A stretch of 64,000 bases of DNA from Pocillopora damicornis (taxonomy: Eukaryota): assembly GCF_003704095.1 (NCBI RefSeq), contig NW_020847569.1:62001-126000 (forward strand), given 5' to 3'. Shown one piece after another: positions 24,406 through 46,355 of the stretch. Each line of letters starts with the position of its first letter. Within the stretch, counting starts at the first letter, position 1. The notes beneath the pieces are model-generated. The model was not told the DNA's origin. It saw only the letters and a program-made list of their open reading frames with translations, and did not search any database. A program made the translations under genes and the position numbers.

Positions 24406-27400
24406 CTAAATTTCAATTTTATCAGTTGGCGTAAAGAAAGCAGGACTGCAACTCGCTGATCTTTCTAAACGACTCATTCGCGGGTTACTGGCCGTGGCCG
24501 CTTTCGCGAGTCCTTGTGCTTTCGAACTTCCTAACTCAACCGACAATGAGACCTTAGTCTCGTCAAAATATACACTATTAGTCCTTCTTGGACGCGGCTT
24601 CGCTTTTCCTTTCACTCCTTCAACGATATATTGTCCATCTATATCACTGTAACGTGTCGTAATCCGTTTAGGGTCCACCCCTTGGGGAATGGGAATAGCT
24701 CTTGAGAATTTCGCACCCTCTGCACCCTTGCCGTTTCTCTGAGACCGCTTTCCTTGGAGTAACACGTGCTCTCCTTCGACCTTCCATGTTATGTTCTCCG
24801 GGCGGTAGACCCCTATGTCAAAACACGCAAGACGGACAGTTTCTCCAGGTGTTTCAGTGCTTTCTTCTCCCACTGAAAAGAATTCCGAGGAAAAGCCAGG
24901 CGACTTGAGAAGATCAGATAGGATTCTTTTGCTGTCACTGGAAAGGCTGTGATAAAGAACAAACGAGTCAGTAAGCTGCTTGAGAAAGAGTCTCAAAAAT
25001 TTCGTGACTCCAACAATCTTAGATGACCTGGGAAGTCACAATGGTGTCAGTTTTTGCTCTACACTGTTCTGTGATTGGTCTAGCAAATTAACCTGCGATA
25101 GACTCGAAGCTATCTCTTAGTTAGCATCACCAATGGATGACAGCCTAAAATTTTGGCCGGCCGCGCGCCAATTCCTGTGCAAATATTTTGTAATGAACGC
25201 ATGGGGAACAAAAAAAAAAAAAGGAATGAAACGTTTAAAGAATCAGAAGAAGAAAAAAAAGGAGGGAAAAGAATTCGAGTCTTTTCAAACACAAAGCTCA
25301 TCTAATCACGGGTAATCTGTTGATTTACAATTTCGTTTTCAGCTCTATCGGAAGAAGATGAACGTTTTAACCGTAATTGACTGGGTCGTGTAGTTGTTTA
25401 TATCTCCAGTTACACTAATTGGTTTTGACAGCCTATCAAAAGCAGACGACCTGGGCTTTACAACGCTTGCGCATGCGGATACATTTGACTGCTGTGTTGC
25501 CGCAGGCTATTGCAGACCCGTGTCACTCNNNNNNNNNNNNNNNNNNNNNNNNNNNNNNNNNNNNNNNNNNNNNNNNNNNNNNNNNNNNNNNNNNNNNNNN
25601 NNNNNNNNNNNNNNNNNNNNNNNNNNNNTTTAATTAAAGGTGGCAAGCTTATGCAAAGCATACGTGGCTTGAGTAATAATAATAGTAATAGCGAATGTGA
25701 TTGTTATCTAGGCACTTCCCACCGTGTTCAGCGCTGTCCGCTTAAGAAAAAAAATGTAAAATTGTACAAACGATAGACAAACTTCGCAATAAAGAAGGAC
25801 AGGGGTCAAAATAAACATGCCAATCTTTGGTTAGGTAATGAAAGCCCCTGCCAACTCTCTCGTAGCGGTAGTTATCGAAGAATGAAAAAGAAACAAAAAA
25901 AACCAATTCAAAGGAGTAAACTAGACGATACATTACGCAATATACATTGTGTCGAACAGCGGGGCGTTATCCAAAACATCACGTGAAGTGACTCTCTATT
26001 CAAAAATCTCTACATATGTCTATCGCGCATGTCAAATGCAGTGAAACTTCTAGAAAGTCATACAAGACAGGTTATCTGTAGACAAAAACGTGATAACAAG
26101 AGAGACACGTGCCCCCTAACGACCCCTCAATTAATCAAACTTTAAAACATGTTGACTGGTTCAGGTATCAAAGCAAGAGATAGTAAATTCCCACATCGAT
26201 CCACGATCTTTTCTAATTGGATGCAGATGCCGTCCGTTACTGCCGGCGCAAGAGCAGAATATTTCAAAATTCGAACTAAACTTGGCAGAATGTTTATTTC
26301 GAGTCATTCGTGAGAAAATTAACGATATCTAAATCCTTGTTAGGAATTAGCTAACTGTACAAGGATAAAGATTTGGGTCAATTAAACTTATGGTTTCGTG
26401 ATGCTTCACATTCTTTTGTTAAAGTTATAAGAGCATCGTATAGTGTAAGAATTGAAACTTTAAGATAATAATTAATAGGCATCCTTGCTACATAAAAGAT
26501 AAAAGATAAAACTATTTCTTGAGATAACGCGCTAATGTTCTGGTTTTTTGGCAGTGACACAAGGTTTGATCTTTCACGGTTTCAACAACCATTTCGTTAT
26601 ATAAAATGTATATTTTTTTTTTTGGTAAAATTACATAATGACGGAGGTAATGGCTGTTAATGAATACCAGAAAAATTAAGCGGCCACTGGTAAGGTAAAT
26701 TAAAACACACAATAACGATTTCACAAAGCAATTGCTGGTGCGAAGGCTATCGGCTACGTGCGCCAAGGTACACTATATTTTTATGTAAGCGCCTGTTTAC
26801 AAACAAATTTGCACCGTAATTTTCACACAGAAACGCGACGTATTTTTAAAGAATTTGGACAGCGATTGTACGCAAATGAAGTCCATAAAATAGATGATTA
26901 TGGCTAATCGTTACTTCAATCGTGAACGCACTGACACGAAATGGAAGAGAAATGAAAGCAAACCTTTCTCCAAGCCTTTCAAAGTGATCCCTGGTATTAG
27001 AAGCCATGGTTTTCTTTCCAGGTTAAGAGGTTGTTGTAACAAGAGAGTTTTTAAAATTTACTGAGTATAGTACTTCCGTTCTTGACCCGATTTCCAGAAA
27101 TTCAATGTAAGATCGACGATCGCTGATGAAGAAAACTGAAAAACTCCAATTTTTCAGTATCGAAACGGTAGATCGTTTGCTTTGTCATGCACACGACGAA
27201 AACCACAAAACCGTTCTTGTTGCACATCTGGTTTTGATGTGCATCGCTAGGTTTTCACACGGCTGAATAAAGCGAAATTGTTCTTTGCTATCAAAAGAAC
27301 ACAACAATATCGTCTTTGAATACTGTCCCTGTGAAACACTTTCAAACCAGTGAGTTCTTCACATATATAACCGGTCCAAAATTATAGATGAAGTTTTGTT

Positions 27401-30400
27401 TATGCGAAAAAAACTAGATCTTCCCTCCGGAAGGTTTTCGCGGCGGAATTAGAGGCGAAGATTCAATTTGACATGAAATACATGATGTATGTCATGTCTC
27501 GTTTCGGCCAGTTCCAAAAGCGTTCTAGAAAGTTCCACGCCAAAACAACGACCCGCGAACGAAGGTTTAGTGCATATGTTATCTCGCATTCGACCTGTCT
27601 CCTCAAAGCTGTTTGCATAAGAAATCAAACAGGTCTAATGTTTCAGCAAACAGCTCAAAACGCAAAGGCGAATGTTCTGGAAGCGGAAAATAAAGACAAA
27701 CAATTGCTAGGGGCAAGTACACTTCGCCTGCACGAAAATAAAAATTTAATTAGAAAGCTTAACACCGAAAAAGGTGTTTAGGAAAACTAAGACCGCAGCG
27801 GTAAATTAGAAAAAAATTCGAGCGCGATCCCCTTGAATGAGGGAGAACAAAAACAAATTAAATGTGGAACTTAATTTCATTACCATATTTTTTTCCGCAA
27901 AATTATGCACTGGTAATATTGGGGAGACGGTCAGCTTTCGAAATAGCCTTAAGTTTCTAGAGCAATTATCCGGGATTATTTGGAAGATTAATTTTCATAT
28001 CAGGAAAATTTATTTTAGAGCCTTCCACTCTGTTATGAAAAAAAAAAAAAATTAAAAAAAAAATTAAAAAAAAAAAGTTGAGGAAAATTCCGTCTGGTTT
28101 TCAAGATGCTCACTTCTTGTTTCCAAAGAAAAGTAACATACTTGTACATGGTTCGATACTTTTATCATTAGTATTGGATTTTCAGCTGACGAAACAGAAT
28201 TTAATTTTCTTACGCCGAAAAGTTGGGAATGCACGGCTTTATTGACCTAATAACTCTCACATATATAAATGGTGATAAGCTGTCACTCGAAAAGAAAAAA
28301 AGAAAAAAATTCAGACATCTATTTTTGTAGAAGTAAAAAAAAAAAGGGGTACGAATTTTTGGATCGGGTATCTACTTAATTACAAAGATGAGCCAAAAGG
28401 ACTTATGTAAGTGTCACCGCAAACGACTCCAAGATCGCGAGCTTTTCTTTCGTCAAAGAGGCTTGAAAATCGATCATCACCACTGGATGGATTAAATTGA
28501 TTGAGCTCGGGGATTATGGTACATTAGAAGATTTAAGGAAAAAATTACCGACTTACACCTCAACAAGATCATAATTCAAAAGTTAGATCCTATTAATTTA
28601 CATGAGGCAAACAAGAACTCCAGGAAAGCCGGACAGAAGTTTTCGAAAGCACTAGAACAAAAAATAACAAAGAAACAATTCCTTATGGAAGGTTCTGGAT
28701 AGAAAATAAGTACATTTTAAAGGATTTCGTGCACGAATCCTACTGTTAGACGCAAACGGGAGACAAAGTAGGATTGCAATTGGAAAACAATAAAGAGATT
28801 AGAGGAATAACCAACTTAACCCACGCGACCCGTGCGAGATGAAGATCGACTTATCAAGTGTCTGAAAATTCTCTCAATACAAGAAAGCTGTCGAGTTTTG
28901 GTTGCACAGAACTTTTCGAGGAAAAGCCAAGAGCAAAGCAACCAAGATTTCTTGTTTCAGCCTCAAGGCAAATTCGATGTATCTGCGAATTCGCATGCTT
29001 TCGTAAAACCAACCATCGTAAAACTTAGTTTTAGGGTCTGCTCGCAATTTGACTCAACGTGAAATGAATTACATTTTCAATGCAAGAGAACGAGTACAGT
29101 CCTCGTAGTTTAAGTTTTGGAATTAATATGATTTGGAAACTTTATGCACAACCTGAAAACTATAAGAAGTCACCAATTGAAGAGAAAATTTTCTGAGTGT
29201 GTAAGTTTGGATGAAGCTGGTGTTTTGCACGTGTCTAAGTGAGGAATACACAAACACCGCTCTTGTCAATCGAGAAATGAACTGAAAAAAATACAAAGAA
29301 CTACAAAAACAAAGCAACATGAAAACAAAAAATAAAATAGCGACATTATATTACAACCCGCAATAACCTGCTTTATGGTAAGTATTTTGTTTCCTTTTTG
29401 TTTCCTTTTCATGTTTCATCTCGTGTAATTTTGGTTTTCAAGGAATTCATTCTACACCTTTCAACATTTCGTAACCTCCCACACGCTTAATGCTAACTGT
29501 AATGTTTTGTATCTTTCTAGCTTCTTCAGACACATCGTGATACCAAAAAAAAAAAAAAATGAAAAAGAAACGTGATGTTTCGCATTCTTGTGATGACAGA
29601 ATCAGTGATCGAGGTCGACGAGCTGAACTGGTAGTTAAAAGCTATTTCGCAGTCATCCCAATTGCGACTTCGGAGAGCTTATGCGGTCGGAACATCAATA
29701 TGAAACAAAACCAGTTCACAATAAAGAAACGACACACGATTTCAGGAGAACAACTATAGAGTAAAGCGATCTTTTGAGGCGAAAACGCAACAACCATCAT
29801 GGAAGTAAGCAAAGAAGGTCATATTAAATAACTTTCTATTTATAACGGCGACCAAATTTATTCGATATGCATCGAAGGCGGCCAGATGGCGGACAAGAAG
29901 TACCCATCTAAAACTCATAAAACCCATACAATTTGAGATCTTGCGGTCCAACTGTGATGTTATATCGTTAGATCGTTCGAGAAAGAATTAATAAAACTCA
30001 CACAACAATGAAAAAAGAAATTATGATAATCTGGACGATAATCAAAGCGGTTTTTAGCACAGCAATGAGACTTTGATCGACGACGTAAACTAATCTGTCA
30101 GCTATATAACGCGTCTTCCTGAACAACCCGCTGTCACTACAAAATTTGCCCATCTGAATTAAAATAATAATTGACAATATTTCGAAACCAGCTGGGTCGA
30201 GGTTGAAGGAGTTTTAACTGTTAACCGACAGCAGGAACATTTTTGTTTATCATATAAACAAGCTAAGTGTCGCTAAAAATATAATCTTATTGCTTAGCTG
30301 ACAGGTTGAAAATCCCTCGACCCACGATATAAAGTTCCAGAAGTTTCCAACTCGTGGATTTTAACATAATAATGACCACCTACAATGATAGTAATAATAG

Positions 30401-31619
30401 CGACGAAAGCAGCTTAGTAATTGCTTTTTTCATAGATCTTTTGGCTTGATATGAAAATGAGCAATTTCTGAACCGCCAAAAATACGCAATATCGGTCATA
30501 AGCGAGATTCTATGGCTAAAAATTTCACCCAGAAAAACAATCGATCGCCTAAGTGCTCAAAGTCCTTATTTTTAATATTATTCGTCGAAACACATACTTG
30601 TAAGCTATTTGAGAAATAGGCATCAGTGTCACTTGAGGAAGGAAACGAATTAAAATCCGCTAAAAGTATATTTAAGCACTGAACTAAATATGAAAGCAAA
30701 GATTTGCAACGTACACGTTTGTTTTCTTGTCTGCTTAGAATAAAAATTGGCTTTTGGTTAAAGAGGAATCACTTCCGCACCACATGCTGTGGAAACCTAA
30801 AAGTTGAATCGCTTTCACGATCTCGCAGATATGCAGAGAACATTCTGGAACTCTTAAAGGTAGCCACTATTGCCAATTAAACGAGAAAGGCGAGTAACAA
30901 ACACGAAATCCATTTGGACATAATTTCCTCCGCTATTTCTATCTTAAGTGGTATTCGTGCTAATTTGATTCCCTGCTGCACGAACGTAAATTAAACTCAA
31001 AAAAGCTTCACGCGCGAGGAACGTTCTCTTATGGTTCAAGAATTACGTGCGCTCTTTCAACAGAACAATTTTAAGAGGTTCACATTTTAATCTAAAACAG
31101 CTTGTTTTCAAAAGCACTAAAACACTGCTTTTTAAAATGAGCATCAGTAGACTTGTTGTATGATTTTAGAGAAGTATCTGTTCGGAAAAGTACGAAGTAC
31201 CAATTCTTCCGATGCGTTACTGTCATAAAAAGTTGCAAATGTATTAAACATGATCGTTTAATATACATAAACTAAACAATTTGAAATCATGACAGAACGT
31301 TGTCACCTATGAAAATCTTCTATATATTCTCCACCAACCAAACTTATGCATTGAAATCGCTGAAATTACACAATCAAACACCGAATATCTGAATATAAAG
31401 AGAAAAATATAAATGCGGCTTTTGAAGAGGGTATTCAAAATGAAAGATTCTCGGAATTCTTTTTATGAACAGTCTAGTTTCTTGGCACTCATTGACGAAA
31501 ATGAAGTGCTTTTGAATAACTTATTGCTGAAATTAATCTTCTGTTGGACACAAGAAAATCATTAAAACAAAGAAAAGATCTGAAATCACAACATACCTTC
31601 CACCCTTAATGTGATTCAT
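24406..31619 (-). CDS. Small heat-shock protein (alpha-crystallin/HSP20 domain), ~187 aa; coding segments 31619-31597 and 24946-24406
   Basis: The main exon encodes FDIGVYRPENITWKVEGEHVLLQG...KFSRAIPIPQGVDPKRITTRY (alpha-crystallin domain) and ends in an IXI motif (IEI). It lacks an ATG before the domain and has an acceptor (tttatcacag) at 24947. A 31-nt exon 31627-31597 (ttatttcag|...ATG AAT CAC ATT AAG GGT GGA AG|gtatgt) supplies a phase-2 start. The start exon is less certain than the domain call. Confidence 0.8.
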
Positions 31620-32754
31620 CACTGTATCTGAAATAAAGAGGAAAATAATTTAAACTGTGTAGGTATAAACAGGCCACACTAGGCAATGTCCAATGATTGA
31701 AACTTAAGATATACGATTTATGTAAAACCAAAGAGAAATCATAAATATTCATTTTTTTTTTTATATAAACCGATCATACATACGTAATTAGACAGTCGAA
31801 GCCCCGCGTTCTGATTCTTTACTATGGTATCAAAGCCATCTTAGTTGCTCTTTAAAACACGCTTTGCAAGTGGTTTTTGCGAAAGTCCAATTCTTCAAGG
31901 TCGTCTCGCACGACGGAATATGTGACCTGCTCGTCTGGTTTGAATACGAAGCGGTTTTTTTTTTCTTTTTTTAGATTTCATATTTTCGACTCTATGCTTA
32001 AATGTAGCTAAACCAATCGTGATTACACAAACGACTTAACTTCTGTCACAAACTAGAGACAAAATGCAGTTATCTCACGAATGCCAGTAGCATTAAGGTC
32101 ATGTTTGAGAGTCGACCGAGAATAGTACACGACAATAAAACTGTCTTCGGCGTGGGCGTGAGTTCCAAAATAAATTCAGGCTGTTTGCAATTTATTGACA
32201 CTCTTTTAGTAGGAAGCGCGAGGATGAAACGAACGTGGACTGAAAAGAGACCGCCAAGGCTTAGGAAGATACGACAACAGAACTTTGTTCTAGAGGTTGT
32301 TACAAAGTCTGCACGAAAGAAATCCAATTTCAATTTTAGCCCACGAACTATTCGAAAATGATATTTCCTTTATGTACTGGAAGAAGTTTGCATGTAGGAT
32401 TGAAAGTTTTTAAGTGTAAAAGCCGTATTGAAGCAATTGCAATGATTGCAAAGAAATAAAAATTAAATAAACATATCACCGAGAAAAGGTCCGTCAAAAA
32501 CCTGAAAGCAAACCTGAGACAGATGGAAGCGCCTCGCAGTTATCATCACTATCAGCTGGAGCTGTAGCCATTTTATCGAAATGACTTCTCGACTGCAGCA
32601 GTTCTGAATCTTAGAGCTATGAGCGGAGCGCGCGTTTACTCATGTTCGGAGAATATGCACAACCCAAACCGCAACGATATCAGAAGCAAATCTGCTGAAT
32701 GAACCCGATCAGCACTATTATACCACAAAGGAAGTAGAAAGAAAATTCTAGAAG
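26042..32754. promoter_or_regulatory. Cluster of six perfect three-unit heat-shock elements (alternating nGAAn/nTTCn)
   Basis: 26042-26056 tGAAacTTCtaGAAa; 27522-27536 gTTCtaGAAagTTCc; 27669-27683 cGAAtgTTCtgGAAg; 30334-30348 gTTCcaGAAgtTTCc; 30837-30851 aGAAcaTTCtgGAAc; 32740-32754 aGAAaaTTCtaGAAg. A near-perfect element is at 28687-28701. All lie in the intron or upstream region of the sHSP gene. Confidence 0.7.
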
Positions 32755-35700
32755 GACATCTGCGCATCTCTTAAACGTCTTAATTGGCAGCTCTTAGCAC
32801 ACCTTGCCTCGGGTTTGTTATGTTAGGGGAGCTCACGTGCAAGTTGCATAATTTAACTATTCTATACAGTTATGTTGTCTATCAATCACTCTCTGTGCCG
32901 CGTGCATGTGTTCAGAAGTCACCAGAACCGAGCAGGAAAGCCTTTGCTATACCTCATCCAAGAAGAACGGAAACACTGGTTCCTAGTTAGTTCGCTGCTT
33001 AGTCCAGGCGTGACCAGACTCGCAAAATCGTTATTGATAGTAATTTCGAAAGCAATGTTTACAGGAAAAGGGGAAAAAATAATAAAAACATCTGTGTGCA
33101 TGTTTATTCCAGAGTCGACACATACAGGAGAAAAATCTACATATTCGCCCTAAAGATCAAATCCTAACATCAACAAGATTGTTCTGTATAATGCTGTTTC
33201 AAGTCTTTCAAAATCTTCTTTGATCTCACAATTATCCCTGCTCTGCTTAGATTTGTTGCTTTCTCTTTGATGCTTCACGGCTTTTTCATTTTGCTAGCTT
33301 AAAGGTTACTTTGAGATCAAAAATTTTATCGAAAGGACTTTCGAGTCATGAATGTTCTTTCCTTTTGACCCAAAGAATTATACCGATATCAGTGCAAATC
33401 AATGCAAAGTCCGTACGAGCCAAAATTTAAATTAAAAAAAAAAAAACAATTCGAAACCGAAGGTGATAGATCGATCCGAATTCTTAGAACTTTCTTAGGG
33501 CAAAATCTATCGCTATTCTTCGAAAGAATTTATAATAAAATCTACCAAAGATCGATTTTCACTGTCATAAATTACGACTTCTGAAATTCTCTGTCCGCGC
33601 TACACTAATTGTTATCACTTCCTGATACCTTTCATCTCAAAAGAATGGCACAAGTTAAAGACAGCAACAGGAAACCAATTCCTTCGGAGGACAGGTCAAT
33701 CAAAGACAGGGTCGTCTACCGGTCACTGAAAAAATATCCTGTCCTTCTTACCAGGTGTTCAACCCGAAAAGAGCACCCAATACAGCTAAGGTTTGTCGAT
33801 GCACAAGATGTACAGCGGAACTGTCTTGTATTTATACATGCTTTGTTTGAGATAGGATTTTTCCAATATAATTTTTATTTGAATCGCAAGGAAGTAAGTG
33901 GGGAATGATAACTTTGAAATAACACACTCACAAGCATTTGACGATTACTAGTAAGAGTAACATCGAATATTGCTTCTCTTGATTTTCCACCGCCTCAATC
34001 TAAGATGAACACATTAGAACAAAACAGTGCGAGTCTACGGTTTTTGTCGCTGTGATGTAAATCTCCGAGTAAAATTTAGGGGCAAAACTTGATTCAACAT
34101 TCAGCATCTTGATTATTTTTCAATATATTTCTTCTGCATCTCTACTCGCGTGGAATTTTTATTACACACAGTTACATCGTGAATATATCTCATTTTAAAA
34201 AATAACTGAGAGATTATTAATGAGCTTTCATTGGTCGATAGGTGTGTTAGAAAATGACTGTGTGCGGCGAAGTTCTAGATTTGAGGGTGAGCTCCGTTTT
34301 GTAAAAATAATTGAATACTTCTTCCGTGTTTACATAACCTCACTGAAACACTTGGGTGGTTGGGACAATTCTCGAAAGTTATGCAAACCATCGACTGTGT
34401 CTTCAATTTACATACTTTCTAGAATGATCCGAGCCCCTCTCCTGCTACGATGACGCTTGGAAAAGAACACGGAAAAGGGATTCTATTGCTTAAGGGCATT
34501 CGATTACATCAAATCAATGAGTATCAAGATTTGTAGGAAATGTATTTTAAATTGTGCACAGTTTTCGCTTCAAAAAGTTGTCTGTAGATCTAAGCGCGAA
34601 ATCCAACGGTCTGAGGGACCGATACTCGGAGAGGGACGCTAATTACTCCTTTGTCTTACACTGATAGCAAAAGTTGACATCTTTCTTTGCTATTTTGATA
34701 TAAACAAGAACAGTAAGAGGTACGAGAAAAACGAAATAAACAAGTCAAACAAGCGGCTTATTTCAATAAAATGAAACCAAAATAATCAATCAAAAATGGC
34801 CTGACCTTTAGGTGCAAACTGAAGGTCACACAATCGCCCGCTGCAATAAAAAATCAAAAGGAGTTTTGTCCTAACCAAGGCGGATTCCAGACGTAATTGT
34901 CTCCTGGCGAGCTCCTAAACGTAATGCGGGCAAAATAATAATGGCAGCCAGTATCTTAAAATGTCCCCTTACTATGACGCTGCAAAAAATACCTATTTTG
35001 TTTGATTCTGGAAACAGCTGTGTACGAAAGCAGATTGGATGTTGTTTATTGAAATTACTCCCAGCAACAGATTTCACAACATATACTCATCTCAATATTG
35101 GCTTGATAAAGAAAAGCGAATTTTCCAGAGAAACAGATCTATTCTCCACGTGCCTTTGATGAAAATAGTTCTCACAGCTGTTTCCTTTACAGTCAACAAA
35201 AATATTGTCATGTTTATGCTGATTGCGAACAATTGAGGAACTATGAGTTAGGCTAAAAACAGATTGTCAAAAAAGGGCAATTCACACAAAGGAGACGTGA
35301 ATTAGTCCCTTCTTGAATTCAAGTAAAGAAATAAAGTGCCAAACTAGACCAAGCGGTGATGGAAAATCGAGCTTAATAGACCAGTGGAAAAACCAATATC
35401 TTAATTGCAACCAACAGGAGAGCTATTCTCTCAAATAATTATCTGCTTTTCTTAGCTTCAAGTGCTATCTCTCCGCGTGGTATCCTTTTAAAGAAGACAA
35501 AACAAACTCCACAGCACGATTTCAAAAGCAAAGTTATCGAAGAGTACACCCATTACAAGCCAGAATGTTCTTCAATAGTGCACGACATGAACTTCTACAT
35601 GGATATTACATTCATAGAGAACGTACATTATTGTAGATAAATATTATCGAGGGCATATTAGGCTGAAGGCACGCTTTTGTGTCATTATATAGCCTTAGAA

Positions 35701-37740
35701 ATCCACCTTTTCTCTTCAAAGAATCCTCTTAATGGCGTTAAGAGCTTTTGTCGCTCTGATCTTTCTAGATTGAAAGGGCAAACTTATTAACGGCAGGTTA
35801 CCAATAAGATACAAGCAAGCCTACACATTATCTTATCGCGCGCCAGGCCACAACTGATCGATTTTTATAATCTCGTAATTTATCAGTTTATCAGTGTGTT
35901 GTCCTTGAGGAATGAAGAAATTAGATCTTTATCAACTCGCGAAAATGACGATCGCAGATCGAGATAAACATGTTCATTGAGTTTCCGAACAAACAAATAT
36001 CAAAGTAAACTCTAGAACTTTTGTCCGCATACGTCCGGAATTCAAAATCAATCACCCTGCAATCTATTTATTTTCAATTTGGCGAAGGGGCAATTTCCTC
36101 AATCACGAATTTTAACTCTGTAATTATTAAGAAGTGTTTCTCGAAGCTACTGTACTTAGCCAAGAGTGAAGCAGTCGTTACCAAATAAACATCAGAGCAA
36201 TAACAAATAGCTTTAAGGTAAACGCTGAAGCTACTGAAAATGAAATTCGAAGATTTGAATCGCCGAAATGCAAATTTTCCCTCTGAATGCAATTTCTATC
36301 TATCTAGAATATATCTACTGACGCAGTAATGACTTGGTGGAAAATTGCCACGCGGACTTCGTGAAATTACTCTGGTGATTTGTCTCTTTGAGTACATTTG
36401 TACACTGTAACTTAATTAAACATCAATGACGACTAGCCGAGGAGAAATTACCGTCTAGCACTTTCTAAGATATCGTGGTGTGAATCAATGAATATTACCA
36501 TCTAACATAACAGTATCAGAGAACGTCTGCTTAGCTAGATCGATTTTGTTTTGCCCTCGAGGTCTTGCGGCTCGTTTTAGCGCCTCTATCGCGTTTGATT
36601 ATAAAAGAGCGCTAAGTAACCCACCAACCACGCGGGATAGGAAGCAATTTTTTTCCATCTTTTTTAATTTTTAATGTGAAGACAAGGAAAACTATCTTAA
36701 CGTGGTTTAATTGCCTAGAGACATCGAACGAGAAAGAATAAACTCATAAAAATATAGACAATGTTAAAGGTGAAGAGCAACTGCGATGGAAAACTTCCAA
36801 AATGTTGCCTGAATTTTAACAGTAGACAGACCATCACGAGGTAATGATTGTTTGATAATCATTTTGCCGTTCATAGAGACGGTCGCTATTTTTCGCCGGG
36901 GGGGGGGGGTAGGGAGGGTCGGGGGGTTTTGGTCGTGTCCCAATAGAATTTATCTAATCCCCCCACAGGTCTCTGTGGTATTCTAATAACGCCCCCACCC
37001 CCTCTATGGTAATAAAAGTGAAAATATCAAGTTAAAAATATGTGTAACCAATTGCCTCGATTACAAATGTGAGTTCAACAGAATTTGAAGTATATGAGTT
37101 TTCAAAACATCAAGCAGAAGAGCATGTTCTGTGTGACCTTCCGAGCTTCTTTAAATAAAACTTAAGCTTTTTTTTTTTTAATTATGAATAATTGACCCTA
37201 TCAGGACATCATCTGACCCTCCCCCACTCCCCGCGATTAATAATGAGTGGTCTCTCATTGAAGTTTATATCATTTTGGCGCAAAGTAAAGAGAATCTCAA
37301 GAAAAAGTCGACATCTCGCTTACACTCTTATCAATGAAAACTCCTATAGACGTTAACGAGCGAAAGAACCAAGAACTTCACGCAAGGCTTTAATGTTAAT
37401 CCCGGAGCAACCTTCGTCGATGGTTTTCCGGACAAGCCGACTATTATGATAATCCAAAACAGAAAGCGTTTCCATCGAGCATCATTTGATCAAAATCAAG
37501 TAATCAAAACGGCAGATCAGAAAAGGAGAAAGACACAACTCACAGTACATTTAGCCTTAGTAAAAAACGTTACTGATCACGTCGCGATTCAGGGTTTAGT
37601 TTCACGTCTGCCAGGTTAGTAGCGCCATTTTTCCTACATAAATGACTGAATAAAGTAAGGTAAAACCAACATGATCCCAGATTTCATTTGACATTCGATT
37701 GAAAATTGCTTTAGTAACTTGCGGCCGAACTTACCATGAA

Positions 37741-46050
<8,310 letters not shown>

Positions 46051-46355
46051 TTTCCAATGAGCTATGCTGCCTGGCGATGAAGCTCTCATACCAGTCTCCA
46101 CTCGTCAATGCATTTGTTTTGTCTTTGAAGCTCAATATTTTAGAACATCAGGCAGGTACCACATGTAATTCATGGACTGTATTATCTACGTTATGCAATG
46201 CGTTACGCACGTTCCATAGTAGATTTCGAGGGAAGAACAACTTAATGGCCACATATACACTTGGGTTTTCATTCGAATTCTTGTTTGTTTTGATTGCAGT
46301 ACACATACATTCGCTGTGATGTAATGTTGCAACCGGTCCAATTTTGAGATTTGCG
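46051..46355. promoter_or_regulatory. Putative bidirectional promoter shared by PEX6 and RRM2
   Basis: The divergent start codons are separated by only 305 bp. Confidence 0.65.

Noticed and set aside
33000-37700. Hidden protein-coding gene between sHSP and PEX6
   Set aside because: Only short ORFs without motifs and no phase-consistent exon chain found. Additional non-coding sHSP leader exons remain possible.
46158-46180. p53 response element upstream of RRM2 (two CATG cores)
   Set aside because: Flanks do not fit RRRCWWGYYY and the core spacing is 9 rather than 10 bp.
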